From: an uncultured delta proteobacterium
GTDB taxonomy: Bacteria > Desulfobacterota > Binatia > UBA9968
DNA: 64,000 bases
Direction of reading: 5' to 3'
Assembly (NCBI GenBank): GCA_963728565.1
Contig: CAVSLC010000006.1
Coordinates: forward strand, 1 to 64,000
The notes below the pieces were generated by a model that had not been told where the DNA came from, ran no database searches, and worked only from the letters and a program-made list of their open reading frames with translations. Shown piece by piece: positions 1 to 9,454 of the stretch; within the stretch, counting starts at the first letter, position 1; each line of letters starts with the position of its first letter. Position numbers and translations under genes: made by a program.

Positions 1-315
1 TTGGCACAGCCTGCCTGACATCAACGTAAATTCTTTCGAATATCTCTGACCCCCGAAAAAGGTGGTTTGTTTAGGACATCCCTAACTGGCTATGATTCGG
101 TTTCGTCCTATCTGCAACTTGTAGGGCGTTGCGCTATATCACTGACATCACAATCCTGGTTGGAGGACTGCAACTTCGCTCGACTTGGGGAAATCAGCAC
201 GGTAATTGCGTAGCAAACTCCTATGTATGTTGATCTAGCTTTTGCATTTAGTTCGGTACACGGCTTCCGCGCCATGGGCGCGTGCTAGCCGGTTATCGCT
301 GCAGGAAATGGACTC

Positions 316-2237
316 ATGAAGTATTGCCCCGTGTGCGAAAGAAAATATCCGGACGATGTCTCGGCCTGTGAGCATGATGGGGTCACACTCAAAACAGCGG
401 CGGTCGCAGAGGATCCTCTTCTAGGAAAGACAATCAGGGGCAAATACCGGGTTGTAAAAAAACTTGGTGCCGGTGGAATGGGCGCAGTCTACCTTGCCGA
501 GCAATTAAGTATAGGCAGGAAAGTTGCGCTCAAAGTACTCCAACGCGAATTTGCAATGAATGATGAATTTATTAAGCGTTTTCATCAGGAGGCGCGACTC
601 GCCGCCAGCCTTAACCATCGACATGTCATTACAATCCATGATTTTGACCAGGCCGACGACGGTAGCCTGTTCATCGCAATGGAATACGTCGAAGGTCGTA
701 ACCTAAAAAGTATCATTCATGAAGGTCCGCTAAAGCTTTCTCGATCTTTGCGGTTTGCCGTGCAAATCGCCGAGGGACTCAGCGCCGCTCACCGCGCCGG
801 CGTAATCCACCGCGATATCAAGCCTGAAAACATCATGATCCTGCAGGGACTGGAAGAAGTGAGGCTCATGGACTTTGGCATCTCTCGGCTTCGGGACACA
901 GAAACCCTGGCTCGACTTACACGACCGGGGATGATCATGGGGACGCCAGCGTACATGGCACCCGAGCAGATTGAAGGACATGAAGTCGATGAAAAGTCGG
1001 ACATCTACGCGTTCGGTGTCGTACTCTATGAGATGCTCACCGGCGAAACTCCATTTAAAGCGCCTACACCTACCGCTCTCCTGATGAAGCATATCAAAGA
1101 GTTGCCGGTGCCATTACGTCAACTTCGCGCGGATGTGCCGGGCGGGGTCGAGCATTTGGTAATGCAGACTCTGGAGAAACAGCCGGAGCGGCGGCAAAGC
1201 GCTATGGAAGAGATTGCCATCGAGCTTCACAGAATTGAACGGGCATTTAAAGATGAGGTTCCTCAAACCGTCATTATTCCTGCGCCTGGACAGATGAGAA
1301 AGAGAAGTCTCGTGTTGGCCGGCAGTATCGTGCTCACGGTCCTCGTTGCTGGCTCGGTTGTCTCGATCGGGAGACGGTTCTATGGGGAGGCGCCGTCGGC
1401 GACTTCTTCGGTGCTGATCCGTTCCTTGCTGGTGCGAGCGCCCAAGACCGAGCTCGAACCTGGCGAACGTTTAATATTAAAAGCCCGGGCGTACTTTAGC
1501 GACGGAAGCGAAAGGGAAGTTGACCAGGGAATTCATTGGATGAGTACTAACCCGTCGGTAGCAGCCATCATTGCCCATGGTGAAATGCAAGGTGGCGAGC
1601 CAGGGGAAAGTGAAATCAGTGCGCGATTGGGCGACATCACAGCACCAAGCGTAAAAGTGTCGGTCAAAGGCTCTCAGATTCTTCCTCTGCCAGCTCGCGT
1701 TGTTGCCTTAATTAGTCACGGCTATCCACGAACGCTTTACGTCAATGAAAGAAAAGCGCTAAACGTTATCGCTAAATTGTCTGATGGAACGGAGAGAAAT
1801 GTAACGGAAGGAGTGGAATGGGAGAGCAGCGATGCAAGTGTTCTGAATGTTAGTCCGGAAGGCGAGATACAAGGTTTGAAGGACGGAACGGCCACACTCG
1901 CTGCCAGGTACAGAGATTTCAGATCCGACCCCGTGTTAATCGAAGTCCGCGGCAAAGATACAAAGTCCAGACCCACTCCGCGGGCGAAGCACTCGCCACG
2001 ACCCGAGCCTCCTCAGGGAGGCATGCCATTCCAGCCGCCCTCTGCCCAGCGATCGACCGAAGCACCCGCCGCACCATGCACCCACCTCGACCAGAACCTT
2101 CAGAAGAAGTCGTTCGACCCCAGGCGCTGTCTGCTAAAGAACCTGTCGAGGTGCCCACCGCTCCATTGCCGGACACAAGCAAAATCATCTCTGACTATAT
2201 CCGCGGGGAGAGGGATAGGAGTAGGTCGCGTCGCTAG
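316..2237 (+). CDS. Hanks-type Ser/Thr protein kinase: N-terminal Cys zinc-ribbon, TM helix, two Ig-like (Big_2-type) domains, Pro-rich tail; frameshift near 2065-2090
   Basis: GAGGMG, VALK, HRDIKPEN, DFG, GTPAYMAPE motifs; CPVC...C N-terminus; TM LVLAGSIVLTVLVAG; two W-x-S-x-[ND]-x-S-V repeats. The alternative frame reads PEPSEEVVRPQALSAKEP...RSRSRR* ending at TAG 2235-2237, which removes the overlap with the convergent PEGA gene. Confidence 0.9.
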
Positions 2238-2397
2238 TTTGGTGTCCTTGAAATTCGCAAGTCGTCATGGCGCGACTGGCGGTTGCTGGTTGACGCGAAA
2301 TTCAGAAATCTGCTGCCGCTCTCGAGGCTTTGGTGAAAGTGTTAAGCGAATTGTGAACTGTAGTTCCAGGACATTGGTTATCGGTCACACAAGAAGC

Positions 2398-2934
2398 CTA
2401 GCGAGTGAGCTTGATATCGAGATGAACTTCACTAGCCTGTTTGATTTCAACCTCGCCCTCGTAAGGCGTGAAACCTGGCTTGCTAGCTTCCACTTTGTGC
2501 GGCCCTACTGGATAGCCCACCGGCTCAGAAGACCCGGAAGCGGCGTCAATTTTCACCAGATGGCCGTCGACGAAGACTGCGGCATCGGATGGCTCGATCT
2601 TGACGGTGATGGACCCGGCGGGAACGACTGGATATCCGCTGAAGTAAAGTGAACCGCTTGCATCTTTGCCGGTGAAGGGCTGACGGTTAGAATACGAGTG
2701 GGGATAGACAATCACGGTATGATAGGGGTCGTATGCCGGTCGCCGTGCCCGTTCTGACCCGAACTGAAATACAAGCCGGCCGCGTGAAAATTTTTCCTTT
2801 GCGATGGGTTCAAGACCGCGCGAAACAAACTCTTGTCCCGGTCGAACGATGATCAGATCCTGTGCCAGAGCGGGGAAGGAGAATAGGCCACTCAAAAACA
2901 ACTGCGTGACGCCTGATAATACCGCATTCTTCAT
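2398..2934 (-). CDS. Secreted PEGA-domain protein
   Basis: Signal peptide (..FPALAQ); C-terminal GSITVKIEPSDAAVFVDG...GPHKVEASKPGF is PEGA-like. Confidence 0.8.
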   Translation of the reverse strand: MKNAVLSGVTQLFLSGLFSFPALAQDLIIVRPGQEFVSRGLEPIAKEKFSRGRLVFQFGSERARRPAYDPYHTVIVYPHSYSNRQPFTGKDASGSLYFSGYPVVPAGSITVKIEPSDAAVFVDGHLVKIDAASGSSEPVGYPVGPHKVEASKPGFTPYEGEVEIKQASEVHLDIKLTR

Positions 2935-2949
2935 GACCTACTCCTGAAC

Positions 2950-4026
2950 TTACTTGATCAGCGACTTTGAAATCCAGCCGCTTTTACCGTCTTCCGTTTG
3001 GATATAGTACCAGTCTTTCTCCTCCGCATTGATGGCAAGCTTGGTTCCTTCTTTTATTGTCGCTACGACTTTGCCCTGCGCTCCGGGCGCATCACGGAGA
3101 TTGGCTGTCTTGACCTTAACGACCGCTGCGGATGAGAGATCCGCTGCCGGAGTAGGCGGGGCAGTTTGTTTCTCGACCGCCACCGACTTGGTGGTAATTG
3201 CAGCGGGCTGAGTGGTTACGGCTTGGACAGCGCCGTGTCGGTAGTAAGTGCTTGGAGTCTTTTTGGAGATCTCTTGAACGGCATTCAAAATTGCAATCCG
3301 TATAGCCTTCTCGACCGGAGTCTTCTGCCACATCCCGAGCCCTGCTCCACCGATAACGTGCCCTCCCAAGCCTCCTAGCAACCCACCTAAATTGAAGTCA
3401 TTTGCCTTGCCTTCGACAGTGCTGGAAAAAAGTAAACGAGAGGTTTTTGCATCCACTATTTGGACGACAATTGCTACATGACTCTGCTGCACGCTACCGA
3501 GTGCGCCGCCGATAACGGCGCCCGGCAATCCGAAGCCGCCTAACAAAGTCCCGGCACTAGCTCCGGCAGAACCGGGTTCAAACTCCGTCACGGATCCTTT
3601 GATCAAGAGATCGGCGCCCTCGATCTGACCAATTGACGGCGCCGTTTCTTTTCTAACCCGTCCGGTAGCGCCGAGGTCCTGTTCCATGAGAACGTCCTGC
3701 AAACTCTGGCGGTCGACGACAATAAAACGGTTCGACTGAAGTAGACCGTCGTTCAGCATATCCGCCATACCGTCGCCGATTTCCGCAGTATACCAACCCG
3801 TTCTCCTGCTATATCCTCCACCTCCCTTGGCAGATTTGTCCGCAAATCGATAGACAGCAACACGCGCCTTGGGCCCGTCATAGGGTTCGAGTTGAACCTG
3901 ATCAATGTTTTGTTCGCTCCTCGAGACAACCTCTGTTGTCGGTTGACCGGGATTCTGCGTCATCTGTTGCGTCGCAGCACAGCCGGAGATCACCAATGAT
4001 AAAAAAGCAGCGAAAAGCCGATTCAT
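2950..4026 (-). CDS. CsgG/HfaB-family lipoprotein with C-terminal SH3 domain
   Basis: Lipobox ISGC; RVAVYRF, RFIVVDRQSL..VLMEQDL, GADLLIKGSVTEFE; SH3b-like ANLRDAPG...DWYYIQTEDGKSGWIS. Confidence 0.85.
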   Translation of the reverse strand: MNRLFAAFLSLVISGCAATQQMTQNPGQPTTEVVSRSEQNIDQVQLEPYDGPKARVAVYRFADKSAKGGGGYSRRTGWYTAEIGDGMADMLNDGLLQSNRFIVVDRQSLQDVLMEQDLGATGRVRKETAPSIGQIEGADLLIKGSVTEFEPGSAGASAGTLLGGFGLPGAVIGGALGSVQQSHVAIVVQIVDAKTSRLLFSSTVEGKANDFNLGGLLGGLGGHVIGGAGLGMWQKTPVEKAIRIAILNAVQEISKKTPSTYYRHGAVQAVTTQPAAITTKSVAVEKQTAPPTPAADLSSAAVVKVKTANLRDAPGAQGKVVATIKEGTKLAINAEEKDWYYIQTEDGKSGWISKSLIK

Positions 4027-4498
4027 GGAACACCTCCTGGGTTACACATGCACAAATTTTTAGTCGTCACGGCCTCCGAGCCTGTTGAAGAATCGCGGCT
4101 GACCTATAGCGGCTTACGCAAGAAACGTGCATTGATGGAGATAGGAAGACGGTAAGCCCTCTAGAAGTCGTGCTACAATCCGGAAGCGGCGAATTTATTC
4201 GCAGATTGCAGAAAAGATTCAGCTAGTGGTCTGCTAAGCGGTTCGCAGCGGGAAAGAGAAGATTACAACGGAGTGTGACGTTTAGATACAGGCGGTATCC
4301 AAAGTTTACATAGAACTCGAGTCGGTTTACACATGAGGGCGTCCAGCCGTGGGTTTTTAAAACCGGCTCGACCTGTGGGAACTTTTCCAGCGCGAGATAA
4401 ATATTGTATGGCTTTAGCTGTGGGCTGACTACATTGCTGCTCGTCAATCAGTTTGGTGAGACGAGTCGCACCAGTCAATATGGTTACCTAAAAACAAG

Positions 4499-5343
4499 TC
4501 ATGATTCCAGTGACTTTAATTTCTGCTTTGCCTGGGTCGCTTCCGGTGTCTGCGCGTACTTTTCGACGACTTCTTGGAGGAGTAATCTTGCATTCGAATT
4601 CTCGCCCAACTCGGCAAAGGCGTAGGCTTGCTTAACCAGCGCTGCGGGAACTTTTGTTGCTTCGGGATATTTCGTGCGCACTGCGTCAAATTCGATAATT
4701 GCCTGGTCGAACTCTCTTAGAGCATAATGACTTTCGCCGATCCAGTATTGAGCGTTGGCCGCCAGGTTGCTTTTAGGGTATTTTTTTTGAAAGTCTTTGA
4801 AGCGCGCGATGGCGATTCGGTAATCCCGCTTTTCTAAATTTCGCCAGGCAACTTCGTAGTCTCTCCTAATCGTTTCATTTTCCGCGGAGGCGATCTCAGT
4901 TGCCTCTGCCGGCAACTGTAAGCCTTTACGCGCGTCTTTTAACTCGTCTTCACGGAGCTTCAGCTGTTCTCCCTGAGCTTTAAAGCCTTCTGCTAGCTTG
5001 CAAGTCTCGCTTCGAGATCCTTTACACGCTGATCGCCCTCACGGCTGGTATGGTCGATTTGCCGGCCAACTTGATGGCGAGTTTCTTCAATCAATTCTTT
5101 CAAACTGCTGATTTCTCTTTCCACCTGCTGCAGATTGGCGCGGGTATCCGCAAGGCTGGCCCGGGTCGCATCGATTTCCTTTTGTTGACCTAGATTGTCG
5201 TTCTGAATGCGACGCTGTTCTCGCTCGAGCACCTCCACCCGTTCGGGTTGGACGCAGGCAGAAACACCTACAACCGCAAGGGCCGCGGTGACGATAACAC
5301 CGACTCTAAATCGCTTAAGCGGGCCAGAAGATTTCAAATACAT
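4499..5343 (-). CDS. cpoB: Tol-Pal system protein CpoB/YbgF (coiled coil + TPR), split by one frameshift near 5000
   Basis: Lipobox VSAC and coiled-coil N-half (ORF 4993-5412); C-half FQKKYPKSNLAANAQYWIGESHY...KVPAALVK; frames join as LAKLAEGFKAQ with one base restored; lies directly downstream of pal. Confidence 0.85.
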
Positions 5344-5354
5344 ACTGACCTTCT

Positions 5355-5996
5355 TCAAGAAGCGGCGCGAGGTGGAGCCACGACAAAGCGAACTCGCCGA
5401 TTTTGTCGCCAACAGCTCTCACTGCTTTCTATGCAAGCCGGGATCTCTTCACCGTAACTGATTGTCGATATGCGATCGGGTGCTATTCCAAGGGTTAGAA
5501 GATAATCTCGAGTGGCTTGGGCTCGTTTGGCCGCCAGGGCCAAATTGTATTCACTGGTTCCACGTTCGTCACAGTGGCCTTCGACCTCTATCCTAGTCGA
5601 CGCATTCCTCTTCAGCCATTCAGCATTACTCCTAAGAGTATCCCGCGCTTCAGCCGTGAGGTCGTGCCTGTCAAACTCAAATAGCACATCCTTGAGGGGA
5701 CTGGATGCCGCCGTCTTCGTGGGTTTTCCGTCTTTCAGTTGTTCCAAGCTCGAGGAGGACGTTGCCGGCGATTTCTCGCCCTTCGATTCGCTTGAGAGCG
5801 AACCCGAGGATAAGTTCGACTCGCGCGCTGCATCAGCCCGCCCCTCACCTGAAGGTTGAGAAGAAGAGGAAGAGGGATTAGCGGCGCCGGCCAACCCAGC
5901 ATCAGGCTTCGCGCTGGATGAACCACAAGCCGTGGCTGCAGCAATGACAGCACTCAAGAAGATGTAGCCGACGATCTTGTAGTAGAACATCATCAA
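5355..5996 (-). CDS. pal: Peptidoglycan-associated lipoprotein Pal (OmpA-like) with long Ser-rich linker
   Basis: Lipobox TAC; VLFEFDR, IEVEGHCDERGTSEYNLALA, ISYGEE.P, NRRV. Confidence 0.92.
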   Translation of the reverse strand: MMMFYYKIVGYIFLSAVIAAATACGSSSAKPDAGLAGAANPSSSSSQPSGEGRADAARESNLSSGSLSSESKGEKSPATSSSSLEQLKDGKPTKTAASSPLKDVLFEFDRHDLTAEARDTLRSNAEWLKRNASTRIEVEGHCDERGTSEYNLALAAKRAQATRDYLLTLGIAPDRISTISYGEEIPACIESSESCWRQNRRVRFVVAPPRAAS

Positions 5997-6040
5997 CTCC
6001 CTTCACCCAAAGAAGTTATTCTACAGGAAGGATAGCCGCC

Positions 6041-6069
6041 GATTTAGCATTTAGGCCAAGAGCTGTCAA
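6041..6069 (-). promoter_or_regulatory. Candidate sigma70 promoter for pal-cpoB
   Basis: TTGACA-17 nt-TAAATC on the minus strand, upstream of pal. Confidence 0.35.
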
Positions 6070-6129
6070 TCAATGAGTTGCTTGTCATTAACTGAAATTT
6101 TGAAATAGGTAGTCTGATCGATCGGCTGA

Positions 6130-6975
6130 TCAACGTCTTTGCTCACCGCGCCGTTGTTGACTTTCGTCACGGCGTGCGTTGTCGATCTCTTCCTCGAGCC
6201 GGAGACCTATCCATTCGCTTGTAGAAATGATTTTCGCCACATCCGGTTCACGGCTGGAGAGAAGGAGAAGAGCCGCTTCCATTTGCTTGCGGATTTCTCC
6301 ACCCGGGTCCCAAAATTTCCCTTGTGGACTAGTATAAACTACCGACTCTAAATCACCACGGAGAGCGGTTAGCGCCGAGCTGAGCTCTTTCGCGCCTTGA
6401 GCGGGATTACCCGCCGCCTTTTGCTTGATCGCATTCTCGGCCGCAAGTTTTCTAATCTCATCCAACAGAACACCATCAGCTCCACTGCTTTTGAGCTGGC
6501 TCTCTACTTCCTTGGTTAGATCGAATGAAATTCCTCGTTCCGCCACTAGAACAAGCATTCGTTTCGGTGCAACGCCTTGGGTCAAAGCGTATGAAACGTC
6601 TTTAAGCGTAAATGGGTTTTTCGGAATTGGCGGGATGGGCTGCCGCAGCAAAGTTAAGCCGAGATAAAGCCTTGCCAAATGGTCTTCGCTCGATTGTGAT
6701 AGAGCTTTCTCAAGACTCTCTTTACTTTGGGAAAAATCACCTAGGGTGTACTGCGCCCGCCCGAGATATGTCCAGATACTTTGTCGGAAAGCGACCGATG
6801 TCACTTGGTAATTGGAATCTTGCTCTGCGACACGTTGAAATTGATTCACCGCAGTAGCAGCATCGCCTCTGATGAGTGCTTGTCGTCCCGATGTGAATTG
6901 TCCTTGTGTGTTGAACGCACCACAGGCACTCGAAAAAAGCAGAAAGCAGATGCGCAAGAGGTTAACACTTCTCAT
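6130..6975 (-). CDS. TPR lipoprotein with inserted helical domain
   Basis: Lipobox SSAC; TPR-like WTYLGRAQY...ARLYLGLTL. Confidence 0.75.
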   Translation of the reverse strand: MRSVNLLRICFLLFSSACGAFNTQGQFTSGRQALIRGDAATAVNQFQRVAEQDSNYQVTSVAFRQSIWTYLGRAQYTLGDFSQSKESLEKALSQSSEDHLARLYLGLTLLRQPIPPIPKNPFTLKDVSYALTQGVAPKRMLVLVAERGISFDLTKEVESQLKSSGADGVLLDEIRKLAAENAIKQKAAGNPAQGAKELSSALTALRGDLESVVYTSPQGKFWDPGGEIRKQMEAALLLLSSREPDVAKIISTSEWIGLRLEEEIDNARRDESQQRRGEQRR

Positions 6976-7036
6976 CGGCTATTGCCGCGGCGACCTGAGT
7001 CACCATGCAGCAAGCCCGCGTGCCGCATTGCACAGA

Positions 7037-7909
7037 TCATCTTGCACCGCCTTTTGTCTCACGGAAGATCCTGGTGAAACCGATGACTTTAATACTGATA
7101 TCGAAGGTGCCATCTTTTCTCGCCGGCAGAGGTGGCGACGGCTTATGCACGAACGGAACTCGTTGGCCGGGAGATATTTCCTTCTCGATCCTAAAATATT
7201 CCGCTCTACCGGGATCATCGCGCCCGGGATGAAAATCGTTGTTCCAACGCCACGAATAGAGCACCTGCAGATCGACTCCGTAGACTCCCTGGGAAGATCT
7301 ATTTACCAGCTCGCCCGAAACCTCGCCGTCTTGGATCGAGATTTTCTCCAGGGCCAAGACCTGATCCGCGGTTTCTTTCAGTTGGGAAGGAAGTTCGATC
7401 GCCTTCGGCGCGGAAGCATCGGGCTTCCCCGATAAGATCGCTTTCTGCTCAGCTTTTGCAGTAGCATCTGGTTTCTTTTGTGCTTCGCCGCTCTTGAGCG
7501 CTTGCTTTTCGGTAGTCGTATCAGTTTTCGTCGGGGGCTTAGCCGTCTCGCCGGGCTCGGTCTTGCGCTGCTCCTTTGCTAATGCGTCGCCCTTTGCTTT
7601 TTCCGCTTCGAGTTTAAGTCTGCGGCGAATCGCCGCTAAGTTGAGCGAGTCGACTACTGTAGGTCCTGCACCTATCTTACTGAACCTTTGCCTTAAATCA
7701 TCTGTGAGCTCAAAGTCTATCCCACGTTCTTTGATCAGGTCTTCCATTCGTTTTTGTGCCACACCTCCGTTTAACAGGTTCTCAATGTCCGACCGCGACA
7801 GTTCTTGGGCGAATCCGGGCGAAGACAACCCAAGGACAATGAACCAACCGACTACGATGGACAGCTTTACAATTGTTTTCGAACGGTAATTGAGTGGTAA
7901 CTCTTTCAT
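7037..7909 (-). CDS. Secreted hypothetical protein (helical domain, Lys/Ala/Thr linker, beta-rich C-domain)
   Basis: Signal peptide (..PGFAQ); 290-aa ORF co-oriented with neighbours. Confidence 0.75.
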   Translation of the reverse strand: MKELPLNYRSKTIVKLSIVVGWFIVLGLSSPGFAQELSRSDIENLLNGGVAQKRMEDLIKERGIDFELTDDLRQRFSKIGAGPTVVDSLNLAAIRRRLKLEAEKAKGDALAKEQRKTEPGETAKPPTKTDTTTEKQALKSGEAQKKPDATAKAEQKAILSGKPDASAPKAIELPSQLKETADQVLALEKISIQDGEVSGELVNRSSQGVYGVDLQVLYSWRWNNDFHPGRDDPGRAEYFRIEKEISPGQRVPFVHKPSPPLPARKDGTFDISIKVIGFTRIFRETKGGAR

Positions 7910-8361
7910 ATGTCTATAAGCGAAAAATTGCCGACCGGATGATCTGGTGCTGCGGCGAGCTGCGCAATCGAAAACAGGGTAATGTCGACATCACATTGGA
8001 AGTTTGTTGATTACTTGCTGGAAACGATTCGTTCCTCCGAAGCTATTCTTAGGTCCCCTTTTTCGGCTCATCATCGTACTTCCATGTAACAGCTGCTCAG
8101 TGCTTGTGCTTAGCATAGGCGGGTGTACGTGGGCAAATCGTTTTTGCGAACGGAACGAGTCACGTAAACCGAAGCTACTAGAGTCATCGGTCCCACCGAC
8201 CCCCCACCATTAGCCTTTGAAATGCGCCGGGACTCTTTAGTGAAATTCGAATTCTCGAAGATAAGCGAGTTGCACCAGCTTCGGTTCTAGTGAAATTTGC
8301 AGCTAGCGGTCGGGATAGTGTAAGACTAAATAAAAAGCGGAAGATATGAGGCGGCAATTTT

Positions 8362-9258
8362 ATGGCAATACGCATGGGTACGTCGGAACATGGCGGCACT
8401 TTCTACACGCAGGGAGCGGCATTCGCGGAGTTGTTCAATCGCGGCAGGGTCGAAGACAAGTGCATCGTCAAAACAACCGAAGCCAGCATTCACAATGCGG
8501 AGCAACTGGACGGAGGCGAGCTAGAATTCGGTTTCATGGCTTCGAATTGGATCGGCCGAGCAAAAGATGGTGCGGCGCCATTCACACGTGAGATTGACCT
8601 GCGCATGGTTGCGCCCGCGAATGTTGGGCCGATGTTTTTTGTCAAGCGCGCCGATTCACCGATCCAAAGCATCGCGGAGTTCAAAGGTAAACGCATCGCT
8701 ATCGGCACCAAGGGCAGCGGCATGGAACAACACGTGCAAACGATGTTCGCTGTGCTCGGAATCGGCTTCGACAGCTTCACGCCATTGAATATGAGTTTTG
8801 CTCAAGGCGCTGATGAATTGATCGCCGGCAACATCGATGCGCAGTTCCAGCCACCCATTCCCAATCGTGTAATGACCGATCTGAGCCTGCGCGCCGACAT
8901 TCGCGTCATTCCTTATGCGCCCGGCCAACTGCCTAGGGTTGTCGGCGAAGTTCCATTCTACCGAAGCGTCATTATTGAAAAGGATGCCTTTCGGGGAGTG
9001 GTGGAAGATATCGCGCAACTCGGGGTGGTCAATGTTTTGGTGGCACATGCGCGGACATCTGAAAGCATCGTTCACGACATGGCGCGGGCCATCGTTGATA
9101 ATCTGGATAATCTGCCAAACATGAATCGCCTCTTCAGAGGCCTTAAAAGCCTGTTCGAGCCGCTCCGGATTGAGGGTCGCGCGGCGCTTGAATTCGGCGG
9201 CGTGCCGTTACATCCCGGAGCAGTGAGAGCTTACACAGAAGCAGGTTGGTTGAAATAA
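8362..9258 (+). CDS. TAXI-family TRAP solute-binding-fold protein (no signal peptide)
   Basis: GTSEHGGTFY, KGKRIAIGTKGSG, VPLHPGAVRAYTEAG. Confidence 0.85.
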   Translation: MAIRMGTSEHGGTFYTQGAAFAELFNRGRVEDKCIVKTTEASIHNAEQLDGGELEFGFMASNWIGRAKDGAAPFTREIDLRMVAPANVGPMFFVKRADSPIQSIAEFKGKRIAIGTKGSGMEQHVQTMFAVLGIGFDSFTPLNMSFAQGADELIAGNIDAQFQPPIPNRVMTDLSLRADIRVIPYAPGQLPRVVGEVPFYRSVIIEKDAFRGVVEDIAQLGVVNVLVAHARTSESIVHDMARAIVDNLDNLPNMNRLFRGLKSLFEPLRIEGRAALEFGGVPLHPGAVRAYTEAGWLK

Positions 9259-9454
9259 CCGCTGACGAGATCCACCCCAAGTAGACGCATCGGTTGAGTG
9301 AAATCCGCGCGTCGGCGCCATTTCTCCTCTCTTCCCATTCTAAGCTTACAGCGCGTTGCCTTGGCAGATAACGCTTTCTCTGTAAGAGTAAACAAGAAGC
9401 GACAGAAACTCTCGTATCCGATCATAACTCAGATGGAATCAGCTGCAGCAGGAG

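Noticed and set aside
1-210. sigma54-like boxes TGGCAC (2-7) and CAGCAC-N5-TTGC (~195-209)
   Set aside because: The first lacks a correctly spaced -12 element; the second lacks the invariant GG.
2090-2652. C-terminal ~190 aa of the 778-aa kinase ORF overlapping the PEGA gene
   Set aside because: Out-of-frame read-through after a frameshift; the alternative frame gives a natural end at 2237.
2950-4026. Curli biogenesis locus
   Set aside because: No csgA/B/E/F-like genes; CsgG-family domain only.
4990-5005. Programmed ribosomal frameshift in cpoB and other split genes
   Set aside because: No slippery heptamer or stimulatory structure seen; the window-wide indel pattern points to assembly error.
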